A program made the translations under genes and the position numbers. A stretch of 64,000 bases of DNA. Source: Felis catus (lineage: Eukaryota). The DNA lies in contig NC_058368.1 of the NCBI RefSeq assembly GCF_018350175.1, positions 64,482,001 through 64,546,000 of the forward strand. Direction: 5' to 3'. Shown here one piece after another: positions 22,539 through 35,709 of this stretch. Each line of letters begins with the position of its first letter. Position 1 is the first letter of the stretch. The notes under the pieces were generated by a model. That model was not told where the DNA came from. It worked only from the letters and a program-made list of their open reading frames with translations, and ran no database searches.

Positions 22539-25500
22539 TAAAATCGCATAGTCTAGTGAGATAAAATATGGTGCCTTAAAATAATTAAAAACTGTGATAA
22601 ATGTATTAGTAGAAATTCTTGTTACATGCCATTGGAGAGTGGTCTATGTTATAATGCTTAGCCCTTGAATAGATTATCCTCTGTTAGGCCTATCACTGAA
22701 ATCCCATCTAGAATGGACCTTGGGCATCATTTTACACTATATACTCATTCAAGACCATACCTTAAGTGGCATTGCTTCCTTTTCTACCACATTTAAACTC
22801 TGCCAGCTGCTTACCCTCCAACACACATACAAATTGGACCCCTGCAGCAGTAACTTGTTTTCCTCCTAATGATAAACAGTGTTGTCACACTGATTTCATG
22901 TGATTCTGGGACAAAGGAAAGAAATGTGCATTTCCTTTGGACTTTTTGCGGTACTGAACATACTTCCGTCAGGAGCAACTTATTACTCACTGACACCTAG
23001 GGCATGAAGGTGCCCCAGGATAGAAACTGCCTTCCCTTCCGACACATCCATATCTATCATATATTTGCCTAACCATGCTTTATCTTTCACTATTATTCCA
23101 CTTTGTGTGCCTGTGTCTCATCCCTTCAACTAAGAACCTAAGTTATTTCAGGGCAACAATTATATTGTGTACTTCTTTGTTTTCCCAAGGGCATCTAACA
23201 CAGCAGCTCCCCCTGAGTAGACAGTGCAGAATTATTTGTGGCTGGCTGACTCTCAGCTTTTACAATTCAGTTTGTGGTCAGGTATTGGTTGAGCGTAGAA
23301 AAAAAAATTCAAATTTGCAGTCAGTCCTGGCCTGTGGGATATGCTGTAACTTACCATTTTTCTTCATGAATTGCCTCTCACTACAAAGCCCATTTTGAAA
23401 AAGGAATGGAGTAGGAAAATCGGTGGTAAAACAATCTTGGCATCATCAGTGAGATTCTGAACCCTAAATGAGATAAAGCATAAAGCAGCACAAATTTCAA
23501 TATCCTATGTCCAAGATAGGTTTGATTGAAAATAAAAAGGAAGGTAAATTTCAAAGTGCCTAAATAGTAAGAACAACAAGAAGAAAACAAAAAGAATGAT
23601 TTCATACATATGTATAGTGAAATTTCCCTACTAACCTAGAAACCTTATACCCCATTATTTGCACAAATGCTAACTAATTGTGGCATACTATGCAAATCTA
23701 TTTGCTTTCTGAACTCTTTTGCGTGAGCTGTCGCATTGTCTTGGAATTTTCCCCACCTGCCCAAATTTTAGTGTTTTTAGGATCTAACCAGAAGGCCATT
23801 AAAGTTCCTTTTTCCCTCCCATGGGAAATTCTCCTGTCTTTGGAACTTTACAAAACCCTCAAGTCTGTATTTCCTATGGCAGCTATCATTTTGTTTTATA
23901 TTATTTATTTTTTATTCTGCTAGTAAGAATATATAATTTGGTTAATTAAATAATTTTCAGAATAAAGAGATTAAACCTGAATCATGTTTCCTTTCTCCAT
24001 TTCAAGCCTATAAATTTTTGACAAATAAAATATTGTCTGAACTTTCTTATATGGTTTATGAAATAAAAAGGATCTCAGCTCTTGGGATGGGACATAAGGT
24101 GATTAATTTTTTTCCTAGGACATATTCAGGGGCAGATAGAGGTTGTTGACTTTGATTTCAAAGAACCCTCATAGTGTGATTTATAAAACAAACTAATATG
24201 AAATCATGAAGTATTTCTGTTCCCAAAATAGAACTTCCAGTGACAGACTTCCAGAGTAGACACTTCAACTGGCCAATAATTTATATACTTGCCACTCTTT
24301 GTTTTGACTTCTAATTCTTTTTGATTAGTCTTCTAAGGAGGTACTGCTTTGAGAAAATTGAAGGAAAAATAAATAACATAATTGGGTCTTCTCTGCAATA
24401 TGTGAGCTCCTTGATGAAAGCTCATATGGTGGAAGTCTTTCTATACTCTTTGGTACATTGTAAGAGGTACATAGCATTATGAACTGTCCTGTTTAAATAT
24501 ATATTAAATAAACAAAAGGAGTTAATAAAAATGACTATACTATTGTATTAGAAGTCCAAACACCACACTATGTTTAAACTTCCTTTCACTGATGGAATTA
24601 ATTCAACCAATGTGGAGGAATATAAGAAATTATTCTGGTGACTTGCAAAGATTATATTCAATTTTTGAATAGTAACATCAAAATTAAAAGAAAGTCAAGG
24701 AGATAAAAATACATAAGAAAAAAAACTGTCTATAATCCATATTAAATTTGCAAGGTTTTTGGAAGTTATTTCATTAGAATATTCTTACAGAAATTCAAAA
24801 GAATTGAAAGTATAAATTACTATGTTGAATTCTGTTGAAGATACCAACATTTTACCTTTAATCATCCAAGCAGAAATTGAAGAAGCAAGCATGTACATTA
24901 AGAGGACATTACACTGTTGTGTATAAAGAACACAGAGCCCTTGCTCCAGTGGGTTCATTGCATAATCTTCTCATTTATCATGGAAGTCAATGGCTTAAAA
25001 GTGATATCTTGCTGAATTTTCTGTGGCAGCCCACCTAGGTTGGCAGAAAGAATTATTTGAAAGCTCCCTGTTTGCTTAAAAAATAAAAGTTCTTAATTGT
25101 ACTTAATTGCCTTTACTAAACCATCAGAAAGCCTCTTATTGAAAACAGTTGAGCTATAGTTGATCCCTTTTCTCAGAAAGTCTGTATTCTCCTTGGTAAT
25201 ATGTTGAGTGGGAAAGAAGTTAGCATAATTATTGTGGTAGGTATGACTCTAACTAGAATTTGAACTAACCAGGATTAGGTAATATGGTCTTCTTTAGTGT
25301 TTAACCTCTTCAACAGTAAGATCAGCCATCACTTTATTAATAGCAGGATGTTGGGGCAAATATAAGAAAAGCATGGAATATCATGTATGCACTTGACGTT
25401 GATTGTCTACTAATGACAGTAAGGAACCTGTTAAGTAGGCAGTTCTGTGCAGATTTCCCTTTCAGCATTGCAATTGAGATTTGAGTCTCCGCATTCTTCA

Positions 25501-26538
25501 GATTGATGGTATGCGGTTTCTGAGATATTTGGGGCCCATATTAATTTTATACAACATAATGGTAATACGTGTTTTTTTTTTTTACTTTATCATCTTGATC
25601 TCTGTTGCACCTTGAGTTTGACAGTATCATTTCCAAGGATATTTAAACATAACATGTTTGCATAGTTGTTTTTGTTTTGTTTTGTTTTGTTTTTTTACTT
25701 GATTAAGCTTGTAGCTTTTCTCTTGATGTTCTTAAGTGAATTGAATCAATGTGGAAGCCAAAAAGCTCTTGAAAGTCAGTTGGAAACTCTTGACAAATCT
25801 CTAAGAATTTGAAGTCAATTAGAAGCCCTTCCCCCCCCCCCACACACACACCTCGAGTTAATTATGCTCTTTTGGAGTGTTTTACTAGGTCACAGGAGGT
25901 TCACAGAGCGAATGGAAAGTCTCTTCATGCTTCTCTTCCACCCACTTTAAACTCGGCTTTTGAGATTTATTTCTTGTGGTCCAGCAGTACAGTTCTACTT
26001 GCTCTTCTCTAGAAGAATAGACCCATGCCTTCCTCCAAAACCTCCCTAATGATTACCTGTGAATGTTTCTTAGTCAAATTGTAACTTGTTACATTCAAAA
26101 CAATAGATAACTGGAGTTATAACTCAAAAGCCATACTTTAACATAGAACTACTATACTATATTTTCATACTCAATTTTGCCCAACACATTTCTTTTCCAT
26201 TAGGTTTTGCAAAGCTGAAGGCAAGATGCCTATAAAATTGTACTGACCTGCTGAAATGTTAATAGGTGAGATTTAAGGATTTAATGGCTAAATAAAATAG
26301 CTTAAAGTAATTTAAAATATGTAGTTTTCCTAACTATGCATTAAGTACTGTAAAAGCAACTTGAAACAGACTAGCGTGTTGTAGCATTCTGGAGATTCTG
26401 TGATTATACAATATTATTAGATTCTTTATAATGAGGGCGTAGAAAAGTGGTTGGAGATACCTGTCAATAAACTGCAAGGTCATAGTCCAAATACTAATAG
26501 AGAAATTGCAGATTTTCTCAGTGTTGCCATTTTTACAT

Positions 26539-26750
26539 TTTTTAAAGTGTATTTATTTATTTTGAAAGACACGGGGATGGAGGGAGAACAAGCAGGGAAG
26601 GGGGAGAGGGAAATGGAGAAAAGCCCAAGGAAGCTCTGTGCTGTCAGCAGAGTCCGACGCAGGGCTCAATCCCATGTACTGTGAGTTCATGACCTGAGCA
26701 GAAAGAAATGAAAAGTCAGATGCTTAAGCAACTGAGAACCCAAGTGCCCC
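26539..26750 (-). mobile_element. Older CanSINE
   Basis: Diverged reverse body, short TSD TTACAT. Confidence 0.85.
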
Positions 26751-27716
26751 TTACATCATTTTGCTAAATGATAAGAAAGTCATTCAAGGAACTAATAATT
26801 TCTGCAAAAGAAATAACACAACTATATTAGCAGCTTATTCTATTGGAAAAAAATCTTTTTTACCATTTTCTTTAAAAAATAAAGACAAAAACAAATTAGT
26901 TTGTGGTGTTTTTCAGAATCAAATTATTTACTGGTATTCTATTACGTATGGCTTTTCTAGATAAAGTTTATTCATTTAACTGTTATTGTCTAATATTCAT
27001 AATGCTCCATGAATTGCTTTGTGTTTGAAATGTGAGTGATTTTAATTCTATAAAATTACCAAGAAAGGAGGTGAAAAGGTTTTCAGAATAGCTAACATTT
27101 TCCCTTTTTCCTTCCATTTTAGTTATTTTTTGTTGCTTTCTGTTTAGTATTGTTTTCTGATTGCTACAATGTTAATTTTAAAATGTGCAAGATGAGTGGG
27201 TTTCTGAAAGTAAGGGGTTGTTTCTCCTGTTTGCCCGCATCCTCAGATACTAGAAATGGTGCCAAGCATTTGGGACATGCTCAATTAAAATTGGTTGAAC
27301 AAGTAACTAAAGGGAAAAAAAAAGACAAACTTCCCAGTAATTCAAAGCCTATTTTCATAAATAAAACTAAACTAAAGCAAAATAATTTAACCCATGTATT
27401 CTTTTGCATCCAACATCATACCTGGCAACTATCGTGCACTTAATATTCCTCTTATTTATTCATTATTTTCTAATTTTTCTAATTCCAGTAAAAAGTTGAA
27501 ACCCTGAACAAATATGTGCTGGGTGAATGTGACTTTATTATTCCTGATTTATAGACAGGAACTAGACCTACATTCAGTCTCCTTCCCAGTGGATCACCAC
27601 AGTGGAACATGAGCATGGCCTTCTCCCATGTTCTTTCCACTGAGCCATCATTTTCCTGAGATGATTCCACAGAAGATGCTTAACAGATAAATAAATAACT
27701 CCCAGTATGATAATCT

Positions 27717-27938
27717 CTTTTTAAAATGTTTATTTATTTTTGAGAGAGACAAAGAGAGTGTGTGCATGGGAGCAGGGCAGGGCGAGGGACAGAGAGAGAG
27801 AGGGAGAGAGAGAATCCCACAGGGTCCACACTTTTAGTGTAAAGCCCAGTGCGGGGCTTGATCTCAAGAACATGAGATCATGACCTGAGCAGAAATCAAG
27901 AGTTGGACTCTTGACTGACTGAGCCACCCAGATGCTCT
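27717..27938 (-). mobile_element. CanSINE
   Basis: TSD TGATAATCT at 27708-27716 and 27939-27947. Confidence 0.92.
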
Positions 27939-28036
27939 TGATAATCTTAAACTGTTTATTCAGGTTTTACTTTAAAAGTACATCACTAAAAAATGGAAAA
28001 AAAATTAAAAAAATAGAAGTACATCATAGATACTTT

Positions 28037-28254
28037 TTTTAAATTTATTATTATTTTTTAATGTTTATTCATTCTTCAGAGACAGAGTGCAAGTGGGGGA
28101 GGAGCAGAGAGAAAGGGAGACACAGAATCGAAAGCAGGCTCCAGGCTCTGAGCTGTCAGCACAGAGCCCCATGTGGAGCTCAAACTCATGAACTGTGAGA
28201 TCCTGACCTAAGCTGAAGTCAGATGCTTAACCAACTGAGCCACCCAGGCGCTCT
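28037..28254 (-). mobile_element. CanSINE
   Basis: TSD GATACTTT at 28029-28036 and 28255-28262. Confidence 0.92.
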
Positions 28255-28280
28255 GATACTTTACTTTAAATGTAATTCTA

Positions 28281-28518
28281 AAAAAAAAAAAAGAGGTTAG
28301 AGTGGGAGAGAGCCAAAACATAAGAGACTCTTAAAAACTGAGAACAAACTGAGGGTTGATGGAGGGTGGGAGGGAGGGGAGGGTGGGTGATGGGTATGGA
28401 GGAGGGCCCCTTTTGGGATGAGCACTGGGTGTTGTAAGGAAACCAATTTGACAATAAATTTCATATATTGAAAAAATAAAAAAATAAATAAAACTTGCTT
28501 AATAATTCATTAAAAAAA
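28281..28518 (+). mobile_element. 5'-truncated young feline L1 (3'UTR only)
   Basis: Close match to the reverse complement of 42045-42232, TSD TAAATGTAATTCTA at 28267-28280 and 28519-28532. Confidence 0.95.
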
Positions 28519-31500
28519 TAAATGTAATTCTAGTGTAAAGATGGGATCCCTTTATAATCACAATTTTCAAAGTTATTATTTAAAATTTTATATAGATTTT
28601 ATACATTCAATATATATTTTATATATTCAAAAATTTCAAGATTCTTTTTCAACAAGAACACTTAGTTTGCAATGTCAGATAAGTGTAAGTTGAGTAAATT
28701 ATTTTCAAGACTACTTTGTCTTTGTGTCAATATTTCAATTTCATAATACTAACATGATATCCTATTTATGACAAATGATTAAGAATATGAAAATTAGTAG
28801 TATGAAACTAGTGTTTAAAATCTCTAGGCTCTTCTCTTTCAAGAGTGGAGTGTATTCAAGCTTTAAAAAAATACCTGCATTGACATGTCCTCTGTTTTCT
28901 CACATTTAATGGAAAGTGTGGTATTAACAGTTACAAAGGAGATGATTGACTGCCTCTGGTGTTTTTAGAGTTGGTACACCTTTGCTGCTGTACCTAGGGT
29001 ATCCTTCCAAGTGTCAGAGGGGTGGAATAAAGTAGATCCACACAAAATAGATTAATGCTAGAAAGTTTCATACAAAGTATGACTAAGGAATACCAGGTCT
29101 CTTAACCCAGGAAATTTTAAGTATCCAGTTCATTGTATCAATTTAACCTCCCATTCACCCTTTGTGTGCTGCACTGGCATCATCCAAATCCATATGACAT
29201 TTCCCAAATCAGAGCTAACGCGATCATCAATTATTCTGCCATTCGTTTTTATTTCACATGAATGTCTTTTCTTATTGTATGTAATTAAGACAAGAAGTGT
29301 CATTATAATCTAGGAAACCAAGAGCAGTACCCATGCAGTTAAACTTTCCTTGTATTCATTGCTATTTTCCATGAACCCCCAACCTTGGATGTCATTATTT
29401 TATCTGTTTCAGAACAATGTCTTAATAAGCCCTTAATTCCCTTGAATTCATGGTTTTGCACTTTTTACACTTGTTAAAACAATAAGGCATTTTACCCTAC
29501 TGTAATATATTTGGAGCTAGAAGGAATTTGGAGGTTGTTTTACAGTTAAGAAGACCAAGGCACAGAGAGTCCCATAGTTCACAAATGTGTGCTTACCATG
29601 ACCCAGGTAGTCACATACACTATGTGTTCATTCATAGGCCATTCTGATGGGAAATTCAGAACATGGAGACCCCTTCACAGCATAAAAGTGCATAAGTAAA
29701 CCCAGATCATATGTGTACCCTAGAGTATATCAGTAAAATAAGATATTTTCCCCAGCCAAATGTATTTTCCTATCTCATTTGCTTAGAGACCTCAATGTCT
29801 TGCTAAATTAAGTCATACGAAATACGAAGTACTCAATATGATGAACAGTTAAAGTAAATCTAAAATTCACCCACATAATGGAGAGGAAGAGTTTGCCTTC
29901 CTGTCTTCTGATAATATTCTTGAAAAACAGTATAACAAAAAATTCTCAATTACTAGACACTGATGGCCATTTGCTAGGTATTATTTACCTTTTTGCAGAT
30001 TTTTTTAATCTGATGAATATTAACCTCCACTATGGATCTTTTCGTCAAGGTTTGCATATGAATATGAAGCTCAAAATTATAATCTTAATTCTCCACTAGA
30101 TAGAATTTTGGTTTATGGGAAAGTATCCAATAGTAACTGAATTAGAATCTTTCTATGAGTGTGATATTAAGAAATTATACTGGTGTACTTTTAAACAGAA
30201 AGACACAAAAAAATTGAATTTATCAACATTTCTTTTATCTGTTTCTAAGCTGATGTGCAAAAACAGGAATTATTTCTAAAAATATACAATCTGAATTATG
30301 TGTGAAAAAGAGGACTATCTCTCCAAATATGTTCTATGCACTTTTAAAAGAAAAATGTTTTTAACTACTAATTGATAAAATGCCATATTGGTAACCTTTA
30401 TAAAATAGTCCCTGTGTTTTTAACTGGAACTTTGTTTCAGATACTAAACCACTTCATTAAATTGAGACCATTTTTCCAAAAATAGACATTCTTTCTTCTC
30501 CTTTTTACTATTAAGATCAAGTTTGTAATAAGAATTCCCAAGTTTATTCTTTTGCTACAACCTCTTGGTACTACCTTTTGAGATCTAGCTTCACAATGAT
30601 TCTTTTTCTCCTATTACTGCTCACAAAAATTAAATACGTTATTTTTTCTGATACATAGCTATACAAATTAATGCATAGCATTCCCTTGCATTTGGGAAAG
30701 GAGACTATTGACAAAGTTCCTTTGAAAACTTACGGAGAAATAGAAAGAAGTGTGATAAAAAAATCAAGACATAAAAGAAGGAAATTATTGTGTGATTAGT
30801 CTGTTATTATATAATCAATTTAAAGAAAAATCTATGAACAAACAAGATAAAGTTAATAAGTACTGAAAAATCATAGAAGCTTAGGGCAAAAATGAACTTC
30901 AATCAATAAATTGTATGGAAGTAACACATTGGTCTATAAAGAGAAGGTCCAAGTGCAATATGCATTGATTTTAACAAAGCACTGGATGATGCTCAGAGTT
31001 AATTTAATGTCATTATTGTCTTGAATACTGGCACTATTACCTCTTTTAAAAACCAGATGAATATTAAAATAACATCACGCCAAGGTGAAAATAGGCTCAA
31101 AATTGCTTTTTTTTAAAAAAAAAATTCAATTATTTGAATTTCTGTCAGAATTTTGACACAGAGAATAAATGATGAATATGCTTACTGTATGGGCAGTCTC
31201 AGATGTAAAAACATTTCTTCACACTGTGAATTCTTCTAACGTATTGAGAAAATGTACAAATGTCTTTCCACTGTGTTAAACATTGTAAAGTTACACAATT
31301 CATTTGATTTTAGAAATCTTCCATTCCCGGTTTATGAATGAATTAAATAGATTGGGCTAGAAGGTCTCTCAGTTTGATTCCATTCTGCATATGAATTTTC
31401 AGAGAAACCTGTGTCAAGCATATGCTTAATGAACATTTAAATTACTGGTAAACAAAGTTTAAAACTGTATGTGGAGACTCTGTTACTAAACCACATGACC

Positions 31501-32179
31501 AGTTCTAAAAAGAAAATCATTGCACAGTAGTGAAGGAATTTTACTTGTAATTTATTTGGAAAATGAAAAATTGTAGCTTATCTACATATCTGGCTAAGTT
31601 CTGAGGGAATATCAGTTGCTTGTGCATAATGATCACAGATGTTGACAATTAATGATAAAATTTAAATATTTAATAGCTGTTGTACCACACAACAGGAAAG
31701 TATAAACAAATATGAGCTAAGAACAAATAAAATCCCATCATTACTTCAATTTCAATGATGAAAAAACCCATAAAAAAATCATGGTCCTTGTCATCAAAAT
31801 ATCGATATAACAAATAGAAAATTTATCTCCTAATTATAGAAAATGATTTACAGAGTGAAAGTATCCCTAAAGTATTATAGAATAAAATCCATAGAGTGCA
31901 AAATTCTTATGGATAGAAATTTCACTAAAATAAACATTCACTACTTCTAATTTTCCATTGTCCTTAAACAGTACTATATGGACTCTAATGTATATTTTTC
32001 TTACACATTTATTTATTGAGCTACTTAGCATTATATTAAGCACTGTGTTCAATATTATGGGTAAAACAAATATACACTCTACTGGCCAAGAGTGCACTTT
32101 TTTGGAGAGATAGATTGCAAACCAATAATTATGCTACCAGTGGTACTTACTGTAGTGGATGCCTTAGGGTTTTAGGTTT

Positions 32180-32385
32180 TGCGGTAAGGCTGAATAGCTC
32201 AGAAGATGTCCACATCCTAATTCCTGGAACCTGTGAATATGTTATTTTATATAACAAAGGGAGTTTGTAGGCATGATTAAGTTAGGGACCTTGATGGAGG
32301 GAGATGACCCTGGATTATAGGAGTGTCTACCATCTAATCAAAAAGTGGAGAACCTTTCCAGACAATAGTCAGAAAGAGGAATGTA
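32180..32385 (+). mobile_element. MLT1D/E-like MaLR LTR fragment within L2 sequence
   Basis: AAGATGTCCACATCCTAATTCCTGGAACCTGTGAATATGTTA. Confidence 0.75.
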
Positions 32386-33244
32386 TTATTGTAGCTGCAA
32401 TAGGAAACTAATTCAGGAAAACAGGAGGAGGAGGAGTTAACTGAGCTTCAGTTGAGGGAAAGCTTCAGATGGAGAGAGTCTGTATGAAATTTGCTAGGCA
32501 GATAAGTTGGAAGACGTATCCATGTGGAGGGAAGAGCCTTTATAGTCACAGAGGAGTTAAACAATGTGTTCTGGGAACTTTTAATTTTTTAGAATTATTG
32601 AGTAATAAAATGTGAGGGTGAAATGGAAAGAGAAATAGCTTATGTTTATAGTTTCTTACTTTTTATTCCAAACAAATGGAAATAATTTTCATATACCTTC
32701 CTGACAGTTTTACCTGAAGCTCTTGCTAGCTAAGATTGTTATTTTTAAGAGTGGTTAAGGTCAACGAATTAGAAATAGAACAGTTTGGAAGATATCATCT
32801 GATGTTTAATTAGCTTTTACTAACCCATCTACTCCACAGATTACTCTGGGTAGTTAATAAAGAGTGTGTTCATCTCAAATTTGCATTGCTTTCAATTGGA
32901 CATTCTATAGGTGGTGGTTAGGCCGCTCACTCCTTTAAAGGAGTATCAATCTTACTATGTGTAACTTGGTTAAACAAAAATAAAAATCTGTTATTATTTC
33001 TAATTGATAATAGTAAGAATTAACAATTAATTAGTGCATTTTGTTTGCTGGATAGTCTATGTTGTATTTTTTGGATATTTGTTTCACTTTTTTTTTTTTT
33101 TTTTTAGATTGCACTTAATCTGAGAAAAAAATTCATTTGTTCCAGGTCTGCATTATAAAATATGGTGTCATATTTTCTTTAACATTGTTGCTTAAAATTT
33201 TGTACTGAGAGGGGGTTATGGATTCCTTAAAGAATATCAGTTCA

Positions 33245-33477
33245 GGGGCACCTGGGTGGCTCAGTCTGTTGGGCATCCGACTTCGGCTCAGGTCATGATC
33301 TCACGGTTCGTGGGTTCGAGCCCCGCATCAGGCTCCGTGCTGACAGCTCAGAGCCTGGAGCCTGCTTCAGATTCTGTGTCTCCCTCTCTCTCTCTGACCC
33401 TCCCTCATTCATGCTCTGTCTCTCTCTGTCTCAAAAATAAATAAACATTAAAAAAAATTAAAAAAAAAAAAGAAAAC
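33245..33477 (+). mobile_element. CanSINE
   Basis: TSD AAGAATATCAGTTCA at 33230-33244 and 33478-33492. Confidence 0.96.
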
Positions 33478-33629
33478 AAGAATATCAGTTCATTAATCTA
33501 GTTTTTCAGTAGCTTTTATATGAACTAAGCTAGATGTCAAGACTGAATTATTATTACATTCTTGAAGTTATCTTTGGCAAATTAAAAGCAGACATGAATT
33601 TGTGATTTAATGAAAAATATTTAACAGTG

Positions 33630-33950
33630 GCTCTAAAATCAAATTCAGATCACATCATTTATCTGCTGAAAAATGCTCCCTGGTTTCCTGTCTTTCAGCA
33701 TAAAGGCCCAGATTCCTAGATTGGATTACAGACTATGCTCTGGTTCCAATCTCTGCTGACCTCACTGCCACACTGCCCTAGCGGTTCTTAAGACACGCCA
33801 GACAGGCCCTGCCTTCGGGCTCTTGTTCTTACTATTCCTTCTGGCTGGAATGTTCTTGTTCTGATATCCACAGGTTTTGCTACCTTATTGCCTCCAGGTC
33901 TTTGACAAAAGTCACATGTCTATTGACTCTACTTGTAAAAATTCAACTGG
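33630..33950 (+). mobile_element. L2 fragment
   Basis: TCAGATCACATCA...CCTTCTGGCTGGAATGTTCTT L2a-like sequence. Confidence 0.65.
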
Positions 33951-33956
33951 CTTTAT

Positions 33957-34140
33957 GGGGTGTCTGGGTGACTCAGTTAAGTATCTATCTGACTCTGGAT
34001 TTTGGCTCAGGTCATGATCTCTCTGTGAGTTTGAGCCCCACATCGGCAGTGCAGAGCCCGCTTGGGATTCATTCTCTTTCCCTCTGCCCCTCCCCTCCTC
34101 TTTCTTTCTGTCTCAAAATAAGTATGTAAACTAAAACAGC
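33957..34140 (+). mobile_element. Older CanSINE
   Basis: Diverged head, CT tract, tail. Confidence 0.85.
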
Positions 34141-35231
34141 ACATAAACTTTTTCCTTATCTAAGGAAATTAATGTGACCAAGATATTTCCTTACTAATTT
34201 CCAGATATATCAGATTGTGTCATCATTTACCCCTACATAGAATCAGTCTATTAATTTCTTTACTAATTTACATTCCCTCCTCAGGACCCGGAACATATGC
34301 CACCTACTCAGTGTAGGATTCCCTGCCATTCCAAAGCAAAACTGGTGGCTACCTTTCTCTAGTCCCATGATGCCTGACTTACTCACAATGTTGTTATGAG
34401 GCAGAAGAGTCCAGTCAAAGTAGTTCAAATATGATAGGGTATTATTGATGAGACACAGGGGAATCTGGCAGCTTTCCATGGACAAAAGAGACATTTTTCA
34501 TCCAAGCCATGAAGAGTTTTGTAGTTGACAGAAAATGAAAAGCCATGAGTCAAGGCTATTCTCTCTTTAGTTCATGGGCCCTCAGAAGCATATAGCTCTG
34601 CTTACCTCAGATCTCCAACTTTTCTCTGCAGAGCACTTCTGTCTCCTCCTTTGACTTCATTGTATTCCAGGGCTTTGAACTGTATGTGACATTGTATGGA
34701 CCTAGTTTTATAACATCTTTCATTTCTACTGATAATGAATCTAAACAGTCTCTCCATTTTCCAATCCAAAATTTCTGAAAGGAAGAGTGTATTTGGATGA
34801 GCTTACACTAATGAATTGAATTCCCCTAAAACAAGTGCCCTGAGCCAGATATCCATATGTGCATACAGCTATGACCAGCAAACAGAGTTATTTGGGAGCA
34901 ACGAGACCACGTAGGCTCACCCATTCAGAAAAGGTTCCGGTGAGAAAACATTTTCAAGAAAGGAGAATGGGACAGATATACAATGAATACTGTGGACAGT
35001 TGTGTACATCTGGTGTTTTTCTGAGGTGTGGTGCCCCACTGTTGGGCTGTCATGTATCGATACAAGGATTGTGACTTTTTCATCCTTGTAACTCTAATAG
35101 TGAAAATTTTAAACATTAATGCAGGGGAATTGGGACAATGTTTCCCAGTAAAATATATTTGTGTTGGTGAAAAAGGAGAACTTAATAAAAATGCGTAGGT
35201 CGGGTTTTGTTTAAAAAGATACACTTGACTT

Positions 35232-35450
35232 GGAGCGCCTGGGTAGCTCAGTCAGTTGAACGTCCAACTTCGGTTCAGGTCATAATCTCGCGGTCTGTGA
35301 GTTCCAGCCGGGCGTCAGGCTCTGTGCTGACAGCTCAGAGCCTGGATCCTGCTTCAGATTCTGTGTCTCCCTCTCTCCCTGACACTCCCCCGTTCATGGT
35401 CTGTCTCTCTCTGTCTCAAAAATAAATAAACGCTAAAAAAAATTTTTTTT
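35232..35450 (+). mobile_element. CanSINE
   Basis: TSD AAAGATACACTTGAC at 35215-35229 and 35451-35465. Confidence 0.95.
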
Positions 35451-35709
35451 AAAGATACACTTGACAATACAAAAACGGGGTCGAGAATACATGCTCATTA
35501 ACGAACACTAGTACTGTTGTATCTAGTTATGGTCTCCATGGTTTTGATATGCCCTAGGTACTTAAGATTTGAACAGAAGACTGAGTAGGATGTTGAGACA
35601 TCTAGACATCATCATGTAGCAAAATATTTGAAAAATGTATAAATACACAAAAATTAAAATCATACCATGGGAGATAGGATAGCTACTTTTAGCTAGTTGA
35701 GGAACCCTA

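Noticed and set aside
28355..28410. G-quadruplex-like G-runs
   Set aside because: A known feature of L1 3'UTRs, also present in the 42 kb copy.
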